From: Chrysomallon squamiferum
Lineage: Eukaryota > Animalia > Mollusca
NCBI GenBank assembly: GCA_012295275.1
Contig: CM022670.1
Location: forward strand, 13,578,001 to 13,642,000
Length of the DNA: 64,000 nt
Direction: 5' to 3'
Positions within the stretch are counted from its first letter, which is position 1; each line of letters starts with the position of its first letter. Shown one piece after another: positions 60,010-64,000 of the stretch. The position numbers and the translations under genes are program-made. The notes under the pieces were generated by a model that was given only the letters and a program-made list of their open reading frames with translations, had not been told where the DNA came from and did not search any database.

Positions 60010-60222
60010 TCAGTGTTATTATGTGTGACGACGCTGTTGATGGGGATGAGCTGATCAGTGTATGATGTGTACAGCGACTTGATAATCAGATTGTGTTTTC
60101 AATTGTTGTGGTCAGATGATGTATGAAACTGGTGGTGAATGTGTTTGTGTGAAACACTGACTTACTCAGACCAAGTATGAAACTTGATGAATGTGTTTAT
60201 GTGAAACACTGACTTACTCAGA
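59980..60222 (+). repeat. Tandem duplications of the MED7 stop-codon region and proximal 3' UTR
   Basis: 59980-60016 resembles 60021-60061, and 60121-60170 resembles 60175-60221. Confidence 0.85.
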
Positions 60223-61670
60223 TGATAAACAATGGCATTACAATTGACTGGAGAGCAAAATCAAAGGTTGTGAGAAATTGATTAATAATATAGCAGATAA
60301 AATGTGGCAAAACAGATTAAAATATTTTGAACACTAATTCCATTTCATGGCACAAGATCATGAAACATAACCTAATTACATAATCAAATAATTTTTGGAC
60401 TACCAGCAATTCAGCAATTATTTAATTATTTGCACAGTAGGTTATATAAAGAAATAAGTGGAACAGTATTGATGTGTTCATTTTTATTTCCAATCCTAGA
60501 ATTTTTTTTTATTTTAAGTGCTGAGAAATTGATATTGTCAGATGGGATAAATTCCATACCACATTAACTGTTACGATAATGTACATGTATGCATCGCTAA
60601 AGGAATATCTGTTCATGCATAGAGTTATTACATTTTGGATGTATTATCTTGATATGAGGTTTTTTTCCTTTTTTTAACTTTGAATAATAATACTGAAAAA
60701 AATAAACTGAGAGGGACTTTTCTGTTCTTGTTTTTGTTTTCTTAATGATTTCTGGCATTGTTCTGTTTCTCTTCTCAAAAATAAAGATATATACAGACAT
60801 TATTTCATGTTTGTTTTGTTGTTTTAAAAAAGATAATAATAATAATAGTAGTAGTAAATTAGGGGTGAAAACAATATTTTTTTATAATTCATTCAAGGCA
60901 ATTGATAATATTTGAGTTGAAATTTTATAAAGAGTACCTGGAATGCAAATTTATTATCTAAATCAATTGTGTTTACTTCAAAGTAATTTATTCAGTGAAG
61001 TCCAACCTTTATTAATCAAATATAATAACAAAGCAATGACAAATTTACCATTTTTCTTTCATGTAAAAATAATAAAAGTGTGATAAAGTGATTACGGTGT
61101 CAGTAATGTTCTCTTGCTTGTTTGATTTTATCATTTGCAAAACGAGTCTTGTTTAAAATATGGATAATCAGTTTTTCTATTCATTTATTAAAATACCTAA
61201 AAGAAGGCAATACAATTTTATTTTATTTATTAATATTATTATTTATTATTATTATTATTATTATTTAGTGTTTTCATGCCAACTATCACAACATATATCT
61301 CTTCCCTTAAAAAGACCTTTGTGAATATTTTTACTGTTAATTATGCCAATAAATAAGATTACATGTATAAATATTACGACATCTAACATGACAGATACAG
61401 TATTAATACTGTGAAAATATTAATGATTTGATGAATAATTTTTAATGCTGTTAGATTTTTATATCTTAAATATTAAAATTTTTAAATAATATTTATTTTC
61501 AAGATTTCGCATATTATTATATTATCTGGGTCAATATTGCTATAAAATTAATGTTCGGGTATCAGCAAAATGACTGCCGTGTCTGTTTTGATTTAAATAC
61601 GATTATAAAATTTGTAAACCAAATATTTATCTTGCTTATCGAATAAACAGTGTTCTTATATCTGCGCAAC

Positions 61671-61684
61671 GTTGCTATGGAAGC
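61671..61684 (+). promoter_or_regulatory. RFX X-box-like motif in the CpG-enriched promoter of the right-edge gene
   Basis: GTTGCTATGGAAGC versus the palindromic consensus GTTGCCATGGCAAC, ~160 nt upstream of the donor at 61841. Confidence 0.4.
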
Positions 61685-62545
61685 TAAACAATGTCGAAAC
61701 CTTGACAGGTGCGCCAGCGAGATCGATTATTGTAAAAATAATGTTTATCGGCTGCAAGATTTAATTCCTATGTGAAAATGTATCCGAAACTCAGAAAGTG
61801 AACTGCCAGTTTGTAATAACTGTTACCTAACTCACTATATGTAAGTTGTCGATAATCAAAATTAAAACTGTTTAAAAAGTGCAAGACTTCACTTTCTATA
61901 TTACTAAAGAAAAAACGAATTTATTACCTATTTTCGGTATGGATCTATTTTCGTAAGAAGGACAAAATAAATATGAAATACAATTTGTGTTTGTTAATAT
62001 TGTGCAAATAATTACCGCTTATTGCTAGCGATATTATAATCATCTCGATCTAAATAATTTGTTTATTTGTTTTTGTTTTTAGTTATGTATTTATTTTGTT
62101 TGCTAAAGTAATGTCGTGCAGACTGCACCAGAGTTAATTATTAATATAATGCTTAATAAAATTTCAATGCATGTAAATTTCACACGTGCTGAAAACTCTT
62201 TCGAAATTAATTATTTTTATCATTGTTGTTTGTTTTTGTTGTATTTATTTATTTTATTCTATTATTATACCCTTGTGTGTGTGTGTGTGTGTGTGTGCGT
62301 GTATATATTTTTTTCAGAAGCAGGCATAGGCATCATCACAATCAAATTACACCACTGAACTGAACTAATTTAATATTAAAAGTTACATTAGCTAATTTAA
62401 TATTTAATTCAGTGCATTTGTTGTATGACAGTTATGTGATGCACAGATATAGAAATACATTTTTTATTTTTTGAATTTTCAGTTTTGATGATAGAATGGG
62501 TGGCAGATAATCAACTGTTATAAAGTTATCAGCAACAGTAACAAG

Positions 62546-63608
62546 ATGACAGATGGTAAGTATCATATATGTTTTTCTTTTCTTTCTTTTTTCTTATCAT
62601 CAGGTTATTTATGCTAAAGCATCTCCAAAGTAATCTTTTAGATAATATGATTTAGAAATCTAAGCTTGAATGTAAATTTGTTTGTATTTATTCATACAGC
62701 TCAAATTATATCTTTATATAATTAACAAAATATACTTAGAATTAAAATACAAATGACATCATTTGGTTTTATCATGAATGTTTGATTCTGTTTGGAGTGC
62801 ATACAGAGACTGCTTCATCTTCCAAGTACACTGCAAAATCATTCAAAATTCACTATATTATAATTTTAAATATTTCTACTAATCACACAGTAGTTCATTT
62901 TTTATTTTTTTTATTTATTTATTTATTTATTTTTACTTATTTATTTATTTATTTTATTTATTTATATTTTAATATTTTTGTCTTTTCATTGTTTTTTCTT
63001 TGGACAAACTACAAAAGATCCTTTTTCCTGAAAAAAAAATCCTCCAAATATGCATGCATCTGGCCACAAGCAGTGAATTCACAACATGGCTGTAACTTCT
63101 TTGAGATGAATGAGGCAAATGCCTCATACCAAAATTGATGATTTTTAATTATTTTTTATATTTTTTTTGTGTACAAAGATTTTATTTGAAAAATATAAAA
63201 TTTAAATCTCTATTCCAATAGAAACAATATCCACTGAATGAATTCATTTATATCTACGATTACCATTTGAAGTCTACCAACATCGTTGCAATGAAAGATG
63301 TAACCCATTTCAAAGATATCAGTTATTGCCTCATTTCAAAAACAGCCTAGTTACAGCCATGCATAAGATAGTGTTCTTCCATTTTATATACTGGCACAAA
63401 GTAAATCAAACATTTCATAAATTTTTAATTTTTTTCTTATTGTTTTTTTAATTTATTTTAGTTGATTTTATTATTATTATTTTTTTTAATTTTATTTTTT
63501 ATGTTTGAACTTATACATTTTTATTTTTCAGATGAAAAAAAGCAAATATGGGCAGACCTGGAAGAGGAATCATTTTTTCTTGGAGCTATTCCACTTCAGA
63601 AATTTAAA
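62546..63608 (+). CDS. 5' part of an unidentified spliced gene, truncated by the window edge (MTDDEKKQIWADLEEESFFLGAIPLQKFK...)
   Basis: Exon 62483-62555 (acceptor ttttcag, ATG at 62546, donor G|gtaagt) and exon 63532-63608 (acceptor tttttcag, phase 1 compatible). Likely upstream non-coding exon ends at the donor at 61841. Confidence 0.55.
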
Positions 63609-63650
63609 GTATAAATTTAATATGTCATTGTATTCAAATTTAATGATTTA

Positions 63651-63651
<1 letters not shown>

Positions 63652-63705
<54 letters not shown>
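63652..63705. repeat. (TTA)n microsatellite
   Basis: Read directly from the sequence. Confidence 0.95.
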
Positions 63706-63706
<1 letters not shown>

Positions 63707-64000
63707 GTATTTTTTTTATCCTATTCAATTTAAATTTCTGAATCTATATTTTGTATTTCACATGGTACCAGTGTCAAGTTTGAAACTGAAATATCTATTT
63801 GATTAAATAATATGTTAAAGTGTATTAATGTTCAACTTTAGCTTTTTACCTTAATTGTTATCTAACAACATGCCAGTCTGAATGTACAACTACAATAAAA
63901 TAAATGTCTGTATAAACTCAGATTGTGCTTATACATTATTCACAATGTGTTTGACATTTTGCTTTATTTTATTATCAGTAATTACTTTATTATTATAATT

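Overview
AT-rich eukaryotic (metazoan, probably mollusc/lophotrochozoan) genomic DNA with GT-AG introns, microsatellites and decayed dispersed repeats. I built the spliced gene models by hand. (1) FIP1L1, minus strand, 15 coding exons (1182-29895, ~467 aa). (2) An intronless adenosine-receptor-type GPCR (11823-13367, +), nested antisense in the 18.8-kb intron 11 of FIP1L1. (3) MTIF3 (+, 31059-32129), head-to-head with FIP1L1. (4) A Tec/Btk-family tyrosine kinase, minus strand, 17 core exons (39541-56018), with a candidate 33-nt SH2 microexon and an apparent 1-nt frameshift in exon 2. (5) MED7 (+, 59031-60009), head-to-head with the kinase. (6) The first exons of an unidentified gene at the right edge. 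Main points of interest: the nested antisense GPCR with an overlapping uORF; a frame-switching 28-nt FIP1L1 microexon; a gene set whose human counterparts lie on the ParaHox paralogon segments; Src-like features in the Tec kinase; and a TTAA-flanked MITE. Most short ORFs in the supplied track are low-complexity artefacts. No database searches were run.
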